Shown here piece by piece: positions 30,362-41,463 of a stretch of 64,000 nt of DNA (position 1 is the first letter of the stretch; each line of letters opens with the position of its first letter). Source of the DNA: Candidatus Thorarchaeota archaeon (GTDB taxonomy: Archaea > Asgardarchaeota > Thorarchaeia > Thorarchaeales > Thorarchaeaceae); contig RDOC01000001.1 in NCBI GenBank assembly GCA_011364985.1, positions 32,001-96,000 of the forward strand, in the 5' to 3' direction. Under the pieces are notes generated by a model. It searched no databases. It was not told the DNA's origin and saw nothing but the letters and a program-made list of their open reading frames with translations. The position numbers and the translations under genes are program-made.

Positions 30362-31344
30362 TAACCAGCATCCTCCCTATACTTCAAGAGAAAATCCATA
30401 ACAAGCTTCTCAGCCACGGTATATGGGTCCTCATTTCGCTTTGCGATTCGTACAATCGCCTCATTGTACTCTGGTCTGCCACGAAGCTCTGTAAGAAGCT
30501 GATGCGTCAATTTGTATTCCATCATTTGCTCTAGTTCGTCTCTGCTGCGCTGAAGGCCTCGTTCTTCCAAGAGACCGCTATCACGAAGACAGGAGATGTG
30601 CTCACTGATTTTGTCAACGAGCTCTGCCACTCCTTCACCAGTTCGAGCATTGGTAAGAAGAACAGGAGGTCTCCATGGTTTCTCTCGTATATCCGTTTCA
30701 AGCATTGCATTTATCTCAGCCCCCTTTCGTTCGGCACCCTCAAGGTCAGATTTGTTCACAACGAAGATGTCTGCGATTTCCATTATCCCTGCTTTGATTG
30801 CCTGGATATCATCACCACTTCCGGGAACATCAGTTACAACGACAGTATGAGCCAATTCTATAATCTCGACCTCGGATTGACCAGCCCCGACAGTTTCAAC
30901 CAAGATTACATCCTTACCGAACGCATCCACAGCTCTCACAGCTTCAGCAGTTGACCGTGCCAGCCCACCAAGATGGCCTCGCGTCCCCATGCTTCGAACA
31001 TACACATCATCGTCAAGTGCATGTTCCTGCATTCGAATCCTGTCGCCAAGAAGCGCCCCTCCCGAAAATGGACTTGAAGGGTCCACGCAGATTATTCCCA
31101 CGGTCTTCTTCCTGCGACGCAACTCCTTCGTGATTTGTGTGACAAGTGTGCTCTTTCCCGATCCGGGTGGGCCAGTCACGCCAACAATATGCGCGCGTCC
31201 AGTATGTCGATACAGCTGAGAAAGTGCCTTTGGAGCTCTGACATCTTCATCCTCGATAAGAGACAGGAGTCGGGCTAGTGAGCGTCTCTTCCCCGCCAGA
31301 ACGCCCTCCACTAATTCATCGACTGACAATAGAAACTGCTCCAT
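30361..31344 (-). CDS. meaB: Methylmalonyl-CoA mutase-associated GTPase MeaB/ArgK
   Basis: [41 protein letters not shown]. Confidence 0.95.
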   Translation of the reverse strand: MEQFLLSVDELVEGVLAGKRRSLARLLSLIEDEDVRAPKALSQLYRHTGRAHIVGVTGPPGSGKSTLVTQITKELRRRKKTVGIICVDPSSPFSGGALLGDRIRMQEHALDDDVYVRSMGTRGHLGGLARSTAEAVRAVDAFGKDVILVETVGAGQSEVEIIELAHTVVVTDVPGSGDDIQAIKAGIMEIADIFVVNKSDLEGAERKGAEINAMLETDIREKPWRPPVLLTNARTGEGVAELVDKISEHISCLRDSGLLEERGLQRSRDELEQMMEYKLTHQLLTELRGRPEYNEAIVRIAKRNEDPYTVAEKLVMDFLLKYREDAG

Positions 31345-31354
31345 TTTGGAAGGA

Positions 31355-31756
31355 TCAAGTCCTCACGTGGGACTGAATATACTCAATAATGGATTCAAGA
31401 GGGGTGCCTGGACCAAAGATCTCTGCAATACCCGTCTTCTTCAGTCCAGGAACATCATCTTCAGGGATGATGCCGCCTCCCACCACTAGGATGTCATCGG
31501 CATCTTCTTTCTTGAGCAATTCCATGACCTTGGGGAATAGCGCCATGTGGGCTCCGCTGAGTATACTTAGGCCAATACAATCAACTGATTCATCAATCGC
31601 GGCTCTGACAATCATCTCTGGAGTCTGCCGCAAACCAGTGTAAATCACTTCCATTCCAGCATCTCGGAGGGCACGAGCAACAACTTTGGCCCCACGGTCA
31701 TGTCCATCCAGTCCGGGTTTGGCAACGAGAACACGTATCTTCTTCGTCGAATTCAA
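31355..31756 (-). CDS. Cobalamin-binding (small) subunit of acyl-CoA mutase
   Basis: [23 protein letters not shown]; probable TTG start at 31756 after GAGGTGG. Confidence 0.95.
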   Translation of the reverse strand: MNSTKKIRVLVAKPGLDGHDRGAKVVARALRDAGMEVIYTGLRQTPEMIVRAAIDESVDCIGLSILSGAHMALFPKVMELLKKEDADDILVVGGGIIPEDDVPGLKKTGIAEIFGPGTPLESIIEYIQSHVRT

Positions 31757-31890
31757 GGACCCACCTCGCTTTGGGTTAGACACGGGAGAACCTCGTGTCG
31801 AGATATAAAGGCTTTCGATTGCCAGTGTCACCATCAAAACTCAAGATTATTATGCGACAAAATAATACAATAGATGAGGTGGAGAATTCA

Positions 31891-32157
31891 ATGGCAGCAA
31901 CCCCTGATGAAATGACTCAGTACGACTGGTTTGGACAGGCAAGAATACATGAGGTCGGCGGCAACTTTGACGGGGCTCTAAAGGCATATGAAAATGCGAT
32001 TAGGATAGACCCGAATTTTGCAAAGGCGTGGTACTACAAGGCTAAGCTGCATCTGCAAATGGGAGACAAGGCAAACGCCAAGAAGTGTGCTGAAACAGCT
32101 CTTGAGCTGGAGCCAAACTGGAAGAAACACATCGATAAGATACTCTCTCATCTTTGA
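31891..32157 (+). CDS. Small TPR-repeat protein
   Basis: ALKAYENAIRIDPNFAKAWYYKA...ALELEP. Confidence 0.85.
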   Translation: MAATPDEMTQYDWFGQARIHEVGGNFDGALKAYENAIRIDPNFAKAWYYKAKLHLQMGDKANAKKCAETALELEPNWKKHIDKILSHL

Positions 32158-32191
32158 ATAAAGTATGCCTATAAGCGCTCCAAACGATGCT

Positions 32192-32641
32192 CTATTTCAG
32201 GGCTGATGATGAGTCAGGATAAAGCAGGACATATACGGCTTGGTTCAATGTCAGAATATTGCTATTCACCCACTCTATAACAATTTCGACATTTTCTTTT
32301 GATGAGATATTTGCTAATGCATCAAGAGTTGCACCACGGGTCTGTTCGGAATTCAAAAGGTCCTCGATTGTGCGTACCAAAATCATTTCCCGCACGTCAG
32401 GAGTTGTCTCTGTCAGCCAGTAGAGGATGTTGTCGCGGGCGTCAGTTTCAACACCGGCCTGAAAGGCGACCTCCTTTAAGGTAGTGCATATCTTGTCAAA
32501 TACCTCCTTGTCCTGGATATCTTTCAATTCACTTTCAATGATGGAAACTATGCTCTTGGTTATCTCTGGGTTTGCACTGAGCATATCAACAAGGTCGGCC
32601 CGCGCCTTCATTGGACCATCAGGAATTTCATCCTTAGTCAA
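32192..32641 (-). CDS. Hypothetical all-helical protein
   Basis: 149-aa ORF with protein-like composition, preceded by SD-like GGAGA. Confidence 0.6.
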   Translation of the reverse strand: MTKDEIPDGPMKARADLVDMLSANPEITKSIVSIIESELKDIQDKEVFDKICTTLKEVAFQAGVETDARDNILYWLTETTPDVREMILVRTIEDLLNSEQTRGATLDALANISSKENVEIVIEWVNSNILTLNQAVYVLLYPDSSSALK

Positions 32642-32706
32642 GCCTGTTTCATCTCCATATAGGATTATTCAGTCTGTTAGGTCGAATATAGATATTACTC
32701 GTGTAG

Positions 32707-33453
32707 TCAAGGCAAGAACCGGAGAACTTCGGACAGCGAAGAAACTACCAAATCAGGAGCAAAATGACTACCGTATTTTGCTAGAATATTGTCGAGACCG
32801 AGCCCGCGATTGTTTACCCAGATGCAGGTAAGGCCAATAGATTTCCCTCCGATAATATCGGCCACGAATTCATCACCGACAAAGAGTGTGTTCTCGGGTT
32901 TGGACCCAAGATGCGTCATGGCAAATTGAAAAGGCTGCGGCATAGGTTTGAAGGCCTTGACTACGCCACCATCAACAATAACCTCAAAAAAACCGCTCAC
33001 ACCCAATTTTCGAAGGATTATCTGAGCGTTCCCCTCAAACGAGTTCGTGATGACGCCCATGGGGATACCAAGGTTTCGGATTCTGGTGAGGATCTCCAAT
33101 GTGCCATTCGCAAGCTCCGACATTTCAATATGTAGATTCTTTAACACCGTAGTACCTTCATCAATTATCTTGTCTTCCACCTCTAATTTCATTGAGAATA
33201 GTGCAAGTTTGGTGGCGTCTCTAATCATATAGAAGGGGCTTTTGTACGCAGCCCCACGGACAATACTCCTTATCTCTTGCTGATAGTTCTGTACCAGCTT
33301 TGTCACGTACTCCTCAAGAATCTCAGAGGGGTCCTTCAGAATTCTTTGGAGCAGGAGCTCGCTTGCTCTGATTGGGTAGTGATTTGTATGTGTTAGTGTT
33401 GAATCGAGGTCAAAGAGTATAGCTTTGAATGAATCAAGGTCTGATACATTCAA
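32707..33453 (-). CDS. HAD-superfamily hydrolase (subfamily IA)
   Basis: FDLDSTL, ITN, KP, FVGDEFVADIIG. Confidence 0.9.
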   Translation of the reverse strand: MNVSDLDSFKAILFDLDSTLTHTNHYPIRASELLLQRILKDPSEILEEYVTKLVQNYQQEIRSIVRGAAYKSPFYMIRDATKLALFSMKLEVEDKIIDEGTTVLKNLHIEMSELANGTLEILTRIRNLGIPMGVITNSFEGNAQIILRKLGVSGFFEVIVDGGVVKAFKPMPQPFQFAMTHLGSKPENTLFVGDEFVADIIGGKSIGLTCIWVNNRGLGLDNILAKYGSHFAPDLVVSSLSEVLRFLP

Positions 33454-33474
33454 TGCAAATCGAACTCCAAGAGG

Positions 33475-34245
33475 CTATCCACCCTTACCCAAGTAGATTC
33501 CGTGAGGGTCAAGCTTGTGCATAATATCGATCTGTTCTTGAGTAGGCTCCTCTGTGGTAGGAACGTCATCAGGTACAACTATCTCAAACATCACATTATC
33601 CAGAATATCCTGAATCTCAAATCCAGGGTGCACAGTCATAAGGCGTATCTTCAGTGTGTCCGGATCGAAGTCCATTTGACACATATCAGTGATAACAACA
33701 TCTGGACCATTTCCGACAAGAGACCACTTCTTTCGTGAGCCAGGGCCTTGCAAGTGCCCGGGACTAGTCATATAGTCAAGCTCCTTAACGAACTTACGCT
33801 TATCATGTGTCATCATGACAATGAGTCGTTTTGCGGAGGAAGCAATATCATTTCCACCTCCACTTCCAGGCAGCTTCACTTTTGGATTATCAAACGGCCC
33901 GATATATGTTGTATTGATGTTGCCGTACTCGTCAATCTGGGCGGACCCAAGAAAACCAACATCTATGCGACCTCCCTGCAGAATGAAGCCCAAAGTCTCA
34001 ATCAGGCCAATTGATGCTGAACAGCCATAATAGTACCTTGAATCCGCAACAGAGAGAGGAACCTCTCTAGGACGCGCATCAATGAAACCAGCCTCTGAGA
34101 TCAAGTTAATTCGTGGGGCGTGAGTTTCCTTGGCTAGCAAAGCTGCCAATAAGGGCATTCCGGTTCCGCCAAATACAGCCTCATCATTTCGTACATGTCT
34201 AGATGCACAGGCCACAAGAAACTCAATCTTGCTATACTTTACCAT
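33475..34245 (-). CDS. Family I CoA-transferase beta subunit (glutaconate/3-oxoadipate CoA-transferase-like)
   Basis: GTGMP, ISEAG (catalytic Glu), AQIDEYGNINT, LPGSGGGNDIAS. Confidence 0.9.
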   Translation of the reverse strand: MVKYSKIEFLVACASRHVRNDEAVFGGTGMPLLAALLAKETHAPRINLISEAGFIDARPREVPLSVADSRYYYGCSASIGLIETLGFILQGGRIDVGFLGSAQIDEYGNINTTYIGPFDNPKVKLPGSGGGNDIASSAKRLIVMMTHDKRKFVKELDYMTSPGHLQGPGSRKKWSLVGNGPDVVITDMCQMDFDPDTLKIRLMTVHPGFEIQDILDNVMFEIVVPDDVPTTEEPTQEQIDIMHKLDPHGIYLGKGG

Positions 34246-34257
34246 CTTCTTCCCTCC

Positions 34258-35172
34258 TTAGTACCCCCAAGGTTTACGCGCCCGCAGCTTATGCAGATTC
34301 TCCCATCCGATCTTTTCAAGATAACCCCAATGGTCATCAACGCCAAGAATATAGTTGTCAAGATACTCCTGCCACATTTCCTCTGCTCGTGTGAGTTTGT
34401 GAAACATTTGAAGATGTTCCAAGTCATAATCGTAGTAGTCATGACATTGCATGGGATGCGCGATGAAGGGGAGAATTACGATACGATCCACATAAAGTGC
34501 AGGGATCTTTGTCTGGTCAGGACGCTTTCGAATTTCATCTCCGTCAATCAATTCCTCTGCCAACACAATGAGTTTCTTTCCACATCTAGACCCTTCAACA
34601 TCCTCGCCTACGATGCCATCAATTTGTGCATTTCCCTGCTGGTCAACTCGTTGAACATGGACGATGCTAAAGTCTGGTTGTACAGAGGGCACCAAACATA
34701 TCTTTTCGTTGGTAAATGGGCAGTCAATGACTTTCAGTTTCTTGTCGCCCTTGAATCTTGCGTGTTTCACCATATCTGTTCCCATAAGACTGCGTATAGG
34801 CATGAAAGGGACATTGAGTGCTCCACCAAGGAACCGCATGGCCATCGCTAGGTTACTATAATCCTCAATCTGAAGCTTACCCTCAGTGACTCTTCGTCTT
34901 GCATTATTTGATAGACCTAATGCCTCTATTGCAGTGAAAGCAATCTCAAATTTGTCGGCAACACCTGCGCCACACATGATTTCAAGATCCACCTCAGATC
35001 CGCAGGTTTGAATATTGAGGCGTCTCTTGTTTTGTCTCACCAATTCATGGGCAAAGGCAATAGGTGCACGTTGGTATCCAAAGCCACCCCAAAACAGCTC
35101 CGAGCCATCCGGAACCATTTTTGCAGCCTCAGCCAGTGTTATTCGCTTATCTTCAATCTCTGGCTCTGTCAA
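34258..35172 (-). CDS. Family I CoA-transferase alpha subunit (GctA-like)
   Basis: GGFGYQRAP, RFLGGALNVPFMP, HVQRVDQQGN, AEEL. Confidence 0.9.
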   Translation of the reverse strand: MTEPEIEDKRITLAEAAKMVPDGSELFWGGFGYQRAPIAFAHELVRQNKRRLNIQTCGSEVDLEIMCGAGVADKFEIAFTAIEALGLSNNARRRVTEGKLQIEDYSNLAMAMRFLGGALNVPFMPIRSLMGTDMVKHARFKGDKKLKVIDCPFTNEKICLVPSVQPDFSIVHVQRVDQQGNAQIDGIVGEDVEGSRCGKKLIVLAEELIDGDEIRKRPDQTKIPALYVDRIVILPFIAHPMQCHDYYDYDLEHLQMFHKLTRAEEMWQEYLDNYILGVDDHWGYLEKIGWENLHKLRARKPWGY

Positions 35173-35257
35173 GAGAATTCACCAATGCATAAGTCAACAG
35201 ATGACTTCTGGCGGCCCTTAGAATCCTTCCTTTTATCTTTGACTAATGAAGTTCCAG

Positions 35258-35301
35258 AAAACAGAAAAAGAGGAAGTGACGTCTGAGTCATGTCACTTCC
35301 T
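35258..35301 (-). terminator. Hairpin + T-tract terminator of the VIT-vWA gene
   Basis: AGGAAGTGAC / GTCACTTCCT stem with a T-rich tract on the minus strand. Confidence 0.6.
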
Positions 35302-35311
35302 TCAGGTTGAA

Positions 35312-37225
35312 TCAACCGTTTTGAAAACGATGCCTAAGCAACCAGATTATAGCACCACTAAGAGTGAGGACCCCAGCAAATGAGAGTACTCCCATTGCAA
35401 TGACCATCAGTGTGTAGTCCGGGGCTGCAGTGATTGTTGTTGTAACTGTCGTAGTGTATGTACAAGTTGTTGTAATGCATGTATAAGTAGTAGTTATCGT
35501 TGGAGAGGAAGGAATGGCCTCATTATTCTCGTCATATGCAGTCAGAACCAGTGCAGTATATCCATCGATAATAAGACCATAGCCTAATGCAATGGAGATG
35601 ATTTCCTCCCTTCGTGAATAACTATCCCCAAGCAGGTTCTGGAGCTCAAGCAAGTAGGTGATACGATGCTGCGCCCAAATGTATTCGACGTGAAATTGGT
35701 TAGACGGCGCCGAACTCGCCGAATTCTCATAGTTCTCAGGACCCGAGACATAGTCAATTATGGTATCTACCGCAATAGACTCTGTGTAACGGCCACTGAT
35801 CACAACCTCACTTCCATTGAAGAATGGTGATTGGTCCAAAGGTTGAAGAGTATTGACATCTTCAGCACCATTGACGCTGATGCTATATGAGTGAGCAAGA
35901 GGAGTAGCGAATTGCTCATAGAAATCAAGTATCTTTGAAGGAGCATCATCGTCCGGCTGAATGAACGCGAAGAATCCCTTGTTTTGAGCAGCTAAATTAG
36001 CCATCAGATTCTCATCAGCATCAGAACCAAAGGCAACAGTAGATATCGACACACCCAAAGTATTTGCCTCAGAGACTCCGGAAAGGATTCCGGGTGTATC
36101 CAAAATAGGTCCGGCGGTTGGTTGGCCATCAGAGAGCATGAGCATCACTTTCACATATTCACCCTCATAGAAGGTATCCAAGCCATCTGTGCACGCACCA
36201 TAGAAATTAGTAGAACCTGAAGCTGTAGTTGATGAAATCCAAGATTGTGCAGTCTGCAGATTGGTTGAGCTAGCAGGTCGTGGTTCACTCCATAGAACTT
36301 CGACATCATGATTGAATCTCACAAGATTAAACACATCGTCAGAGGATAGGTCTGCAATCATAGCATTGAATGCGCTTTTTGCCTGCCTGATCTTGATATC
36401 GCTCATGGATCCTGATCTATCGATTACAAAGACATACTGTCGATATGCTCTATCTGCGACCTCAGTAATACTAGGAGCGAGGAGATAGACGAAGAATCTT
36501 TCAGTTCCATTATTGTGTACTAAGAGCTGACTACCGCCAGTTTGCCTGTCCAATGTATAGGTTACTGCAATTTCTTCCGGCAAAAAGCAGCTTGAACAGG
36601 AGTATTGTATTCTTACACCGTCTGTAAGATCGGACGCAGTGAATTCTGGAATGCCTGTGATTCTGTACCCAGCTATTGGGCCATAGTGAGACAGCACGCT
36701 CAAGTCAAAGGAGAAGTCTGCTAGAATTGAGTCAAACGTCATCGGAAGAAGAAGTGAATACAGCCCATATTCTCTTGTTAGAAGACCCTCAATATACACC
36801 GTTAAGAGGACTGCGCTGTTATTTCGTACATTGAGTGTCACGGTGTATCCGCCAAATTCACGAATAACAAGTGCCGCTATTTCATTCGCCTCTACACTGG
36901 CATTGTAGACATTAATCGCCTCATGTTCGCGCATTGCTCGTCCCCAGTATACCTCATCACCGGTGTGTACCGATATGTTGCTAAGCCTGATACCTTCCTG
37001 CATTTGGAAGAACCAGCTTGCCTCATTTGCAATATCTGATGCAGTGTTGTCTATGTGAAGAGCATAGCTAAGATTCGCGTAGTTGTCCACAATTTCGCCG
37101 CACACTGAAACAGAATCTGGTTTTAGATCGACCAGACCGGCCGATGTAAAATCAGGAGCAGCTATCAGTAAGCTTGCCATCAAAAACACCAGAATGGTTA
37201 TTCCGGATAGCCTTATAGTCCGCAT
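35312..37225 (-). CDS. Surface-anchored VIT + von Willebrand A domain protein (inter-alpha-inhibitor-like)
   Basis: Signal peptide; VIT-like N-terminus; MIDAS VFVIDRSGSM, GSTN, LSDGQPT; WA...I..L; YTALV; Thr linker + TM. Confidence 0.88.
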   Translation of the reverse strand: MRTIRLSGITILVFLMASLLIAAPDFTSAGLVDLKPDSVSVCGEIVDNYANLSYALHIDNTASDIANEASWFFQMQEGIRLSNISVHTGDEVYWGRAMREHEAINVYNASVEANEIAALVIREFGGYTVTLNVRNNSAVLLTVYIEGLLTREYGLYSLLLPMTFDSILADFSFDLSVLSHYGPIAGYRITGIPEFTASDLTDGVRIQYSCSSCFLPEEIAVTYTLDRQTGGSQLLVHNNGTERFFVYLLAPSITEVADRAYRQYVFVIDRSGSMSDIKIRQAKSAFNAMIADLSSDDVFNLVRFNHDVEVLWSEPRPASSTNLQTAQSWISSTTASGSTNFYGACTDGLDTFYEGEYVKVMLMLSDGQPTAGPILDTPGILSGVSEANTLGVSISTVAFGSDADENLMANLAAQNKGFFAFIQPDDDAPSKILDFYEQFATPLAHSYSISVNGAEDVNTLQPLDQSPFFNGSEVVISGRYTESIAVDTIIDYVSGPENYENSASSAPSNQFHVEYIWAQHRITYLLELQNLLGDSYSRREEIISIALGYGLIIDGYTALVLTAYDENNEAIPSSPTITTTYTCITTTCTYTTTVTTTITAAPDYTLMVIAMGVLSFAGVLTLSGAIIWLLRHRFQNG

Positions 37226-37261
37226 AAAGAAAACGTGGTTTTGATTCGATATGTTATCTCC

Positions 37262-37279
37262 TGTGTCGATATCGACACA
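37262..37279. promoter_or_regulatory. Perfect 18-bp palindrome TGTGTCGATATCGACACA upstream of the VIT-vWA promoter
   Basis: Exact inverted repeat immediately upstream of a TATA-like ATAACATAT on the minus strand. Confidence 0.55.
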
Positions 37280-37971
37280 TTACTTAGGTCTTCGCGGAGA
37301 ACTCCTAGATGAAGGAAAGAAGGAGTGATCGACCGTAGTCAGAATACACCAGAAAGGGTGTTTCAGACCTGTCTACTGCTATGGTCTTGTCTAGACCACT
37401 TGCAAATCACTCATTCGAGATAATGAGAAAAGACCACGTGTAGATAGACACACATTGAAGCGTTCTAATCGTAATAATTCTTGTCAGGACACTCCTTTTC
37501 GTGCTTCTGGAGCCTTCGGCAATCCATGCACATGCTTCTCCCTGTTCATACACGTTTGCCATAACAGACGATTATTCGGCATATTTCGCAAGAGATACTC
37601 CTTATAGCGAGCGATCTTGATCAATGATGCCATTTGTTTTGAATTGGAGGAGAAGATGAATTCCTACTCGAACTCCTGATAGACTTGCTTCAGCACGGAC
37701 TGCGCTTGTCACGTCGCACGAAGATGTTACAGCATTGAAATCAGCCACATATGGCGGAAGTAGACAAGAACTAGAGGAGAGAACAAGTAAGACCAGAATA
37801 GAGAATGCAAGACGGGTCCTTATGAAACTCGAAGAATAAACGGCCATATAATGAGCAAAGCATCTCTTGCATGAAGTAGAAGAATTGTGGAAATTGGTGC
37901 ATGCATTATCACTTATGATGAATTGCCATGCCGTCAGTCCAGGATAAGAGTCTGATCGCTTCTGAGAAGAC

Positions 37972-39300
37972 TCACTCCATTCGATCTGTAGTCCGTGCAT
38001 GGGGTGGTGAAGTATGTGCCTTCGTTCTCTGCTTCGGTCGGAAAGTGGTCACATCAACACTGAGCATGGATCTCCAAACAACCAATGACAGAATAAGCGC
38101 AAGAACACCTGAAACAAGAAAGAGCATTCGCAAACTATCCAAATAGACCCAGAGCAATGCTCCAAGTGGCGCTGCAAATAGACCAGTAGAGGAGATTACA
38201 GTCTGAAAGACACCCAGTGCGCGGCCTTTCATTTCTTCAGGAATACCATTTATCGAAAGCAATCGCTCTGTGGAAATCCAGATCACAATGGGAACAGACC
38301 AAGCCACATTGAGGATGAAGAAGAGCACAGGGCCGGTTCCAATACCAAGTACAATCATGATACCACCATTGGCCAGAAGGCTGAAGACCAATGCCTTTCT
38401 TACTCTGCGACCTGCAATCCCGCTTAGATTGTACATCAATGTAGCCGTAGCCAAGGAGAATGCGCTCCAAGCCAAACCATAGAACTCAAGACTCAGACCC
38501 CAATCAACTACACTTAGAATCCCAAAGTAAGGAATCATCATGCCCCAAGCTGCGTAGTACCCAACCATTGCCAATGTGAACTTCCAAAATGGTCCGCCCA
38601 AACTATGTAAGGGAACATGGCCGCCATTCTTTGCATTCTTCATCAAATGCCTCGGCATAGTTTCTTTGACCAGAACTACTGATGCAATCATGGAAACAAG
38701 AGCAAGAATTGTGCCTAGGCCAAGCAAAGACGATTGAGCAAATCCGGCATTCAGTAGAAGTACTGCAATTAGAGGACTTAGCCCGTCCATAAGGAAGGTC
38801 GGCAAAAGTACCATGGTCATTTTTCTCGACGCATTAGGTCCATCATCACTCGTTATTTGGTCGGCAGGCATTGCCCTTGATACAACTAGGACAAAGCTCC
38901 AGCCAAATGAATGAAGGCCATAGGCAATAGGAATAACAGGCCAGATTGGATGAGTCCAAAGCAAGTACAGTCCAGCAATTTGAGGAATGAAGGAGAATAT
39001 CAAGGCCTTTTTTCTTCCAATGAAATCAGCTGTTACTCCCGAAATAGGATACCCTGCCAACGCTGCCAAGGAGCCTATGGAGAAAGTCAATCCAATCTGC
39101 AGAGGATCTAATATTGGCTCAAGAAACACTGCAAATGTCCATACCCAAACACTAACAGAAAACTGAGCAATACCAGCAACAACTGCAAGACGCCAAAGAG
39201 AACTATTGAGGCTGAGGAACGTACGTTGAGCCGAGGACCCAGTATGTAGTCTGGCCTCTGGTAATTGTACAGCTTCCATTGGACGGATCAAAACCATCAA
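37972..39300 (-). CDS. MFS transporter
   Basis: GVTADFIGRKK motif A, PEEMKGRALG, about 12 TM segments. Confidence 0.88.
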   Translation of the reverse strand: MMVLIRPMEAVQLPEARLHTGSSAQRTFLSLNSSLWRLAVVAGIAQFSVSVWVWTFAVFLEPILDPLQIGLTFSIGSLAALAGYPISGVTADFIGRKKALIFSFIPQIAGLYLLWTHPIWPVIPIAYGLHSFGWSFVLVVSRAMPADQITSDDGPNASRKMTMVLLPTFLMDGLSPLIAVLLLNAGFAQSSLLGLGTILALVSMIASVVLVKETMPRHLMKNAKNGGHVPLHSLGGPFWKFTLAMVGYYAAWGMMIPYFGILSVVDWGLSLEFYGLAWSAFSLATATLMYNLSGIAGRRVRKALVFSLLANGGIMIVLGIGTGPVLFFILNVAWSVPIVIWISTERLLSINGIPEEMKGRALGVFQTVISSTGLFAAPLGALLWVYLDSLRMLFLVSGVLALILSLVVWRSMLSVDVTTFRPKQRTKAHTSPPHARTTDRME

Positions 39301-39876
39301 GCCTCATCATTGCGTTAGAGACGCCTCAACTGAAACTTTCTCTCGTTGGTTTATAGCCTTATTTGAAGAGACGTGGAAAGACAAGGAAGAAGAAACAAGA
39401 ATTGAAGGCTGGCAATATCATTTCTATTGCAATGATCGTGTTCGCGATCTATTGATAGCTACTCCACAAACACTTACGCTCCAGCTTGCTTGAAAAAGGA
39501 ATCTGCTTGATTCCATATTCTGAAGGCGCCATTGCAACTTCTTCTTATTGAAGACTGCATCACCCCGAGATGTGATAGGACATGTGAGAAAATGTGTCCT
39601 TGGACTTTATGATCAACTTCGCAAGAGATTAGAGGATTATCTCCTCAATTTGAGAAGGACCTACACTGGACGGGATTTCATAGTCTGCTTCTGAATCGCC
39701 GCATGCTATGGATATCTCCGCATTGAGCTAGCACTTAGTAGGACTGGCTTGGTGAACGTATTCGGAAACGGTGTGATTGTTGATTCGATGCCTATTTATG
39801 AGGGTGTTTTCCAGCATCGTGATGCTAGTGACAAGGCACGATTCGGTCAGATGGATCGAAAACGGAGGATTTCCTA

Positions 39877-41403
39877 TTGAGTCAATTGTACAATAAGGTC
39901 ACCGATGAAGTGGTAAAGGAACTCTCTGCTATTTGCGGCGACAAATTTGTTACAGATAGCCTACCACTTCGACATTCATACATGGCAAAGGGCATCATGG
40001 GCTTGGAAGCGGTGGTGCCTGAGGTCGTGGTCCGACCTGCCAACAAAGACGAGGTGCTAAAGATACTTGTTGTGGCAAACGAGAATCTTAGTCCCGTTAC
40101 GCCAGCTGCAGGTGGACTGAGTGGAGGATTTGCTCTGCCGGCTATTGAGCCAGGTGGCATCCTGATGGACATGACAAGGATGAATAGACTTGAGGTTGAT
40201 GAAAAAAATCGAGTAATGACAGTAGAGCCAGGCGTAAGATGTGGAGATGCTTGGAGAATCTTCAAGAAGAAACACCCTGACTGGGCGCCTCCGATTCCTG
40301 ACGGGGCTCCACCAGGGGCAACTATTCTGGGAGATGCCATAGAACGAGGATTCTCTCTTGTGACTGGCAAGTTCGGGCCGCAGGCAGACATGATTATTGG
40401 TCTAGAGATTGCCCTTCCCACTGGGGAGCTATTCCGTACTGGTTCGTGGGCTCTTGATGGTGCAAAGGCATTCTATCGATGGGGTATCGGCCCGAATCCT
40501 GATGGGTTATTCCTTGGTTCTCAGGGCTCAATGGGCATCATTACTAAATGCGCCATTAAGCTGGTTCCCCATCCACACTACAAGACTATTGTGGCATATG
40601 GAGGAGATAGCTGGGAACATATCATCGAACCTGCATGGGAGATAGGCAGACACGAGATGGGCATTGCCGAGAACACGGTAATGGTACAGGGAGGGAACTG
40701 GCCACTGGTAATGACTCGATGGCCAAAGAGCAATGTGCCAATCGATTACAAGTTTTACGAGAAAATCGGCGTAGATGAGTACTGGATGAACTCCGAAGTA
40801 TGGGCTTGGTCTCAGGAGGAACTTGACTTCACACTGAAGAAGATCGATGAAACCTACAAGGCCTATGAGGTGGAGAAGAAAACTGTGTGCAAGAAACAGG
40901 ACCTTCATCCAAAACAGATTGCCTCTAGGCTAAAGAAGCCAAACTTGATTGCTGTGCCATATGGTCTCTATGAAGCAGGATTCCTTTTCATCACTTGGTA
41001 CTGCCCATGGTTGGAGAGTCCAAGAATGATGGAGGAATATTGCGCCAAGATGGAGGAGTATGGCTTCCCGCCAACTATGTGGGTGGCTTCAATAGACCAC
41101 GCTCGTCAGGCCATTGTGATGCCAATTCTGTGTTTTGATAGTTCTGAGGAAGGCATCTACGACAAGATACGCGAGTTCAATCTGGAAACAACAAAGAGCT
41201 TCGTCAAGCAGGGATGGATCAACTATCGGCCCGATCCCTTTGTGCATGCTCCGTATACCTTCAGCAAAGCCAAAGAATATTATAGAATGCTCGTGAAGTT
41301 CAGAAAGCTCTTGGATCCAAATCTCATTCTCCATCCAGGAAGACTTGCAATTCCATGGGGAGCTGTCACAGACCTTCCCAACCCGATTGAGGAGGGCAAA
41401 TAA
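39877..41403 (+). CDS. FAD-binding oxidoreductase, VAO/PCMH/GlcD superfamily
   Basis: PEVVVRP, MDMTRMN, VEPGV, GLEIALPTG, GSQGSMGIITK, LDPNLILHPG. Confidence 0.9.
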   Translation: MSQLYNKVTDEVVKELSAICGDKFVTDSLPLRHSYMAKGIMGLEAVVPEVVVRPANKDEVLKILVVANENLSPVTPAAGGLSGGFALPAIEPGGILMDMTRMNRLEVDEKNRVMTVEPGVRCGDAWRIFKKKHPDWAPPIPDGAPPGATILGDAIERGFSLVTGKFGPQADMIIGLEIALPTGELFRTGSWALDGAKAFYRWGIGPNPDGLFLGSQGSMGIITKCAIKLVPHPHYKTIVAYGGDSWEHIIEPAWEIGRHEMGIAENTVMVQGGNWPLVMTRWPKSNVPIDYKFYEKIGVDEYWMNSEVWAWSQEELDFTLKKIDETYKAYEVEKKTVCKKQDLHPKQIASRLKKPNLIAVPYGLYEAGFLFITWYCPWLESPRMMEEYCAKMEEYGFPPTMWVASIDHARQAIVMPILCFDSSEEGIYDKIREFNLETTKSFVKQGWINYRPDPFVHAPYTFSKAKEYYRMLVKFRKLLDPNLILHPGRLAIPWGAVTDLPNPIEEGK

Positions 41404-41463
41404 TGAAATCATGGATACAACGAAAGTTTCAAAATGTAAATTTCGAAGGGAGGCAAGATTGCT

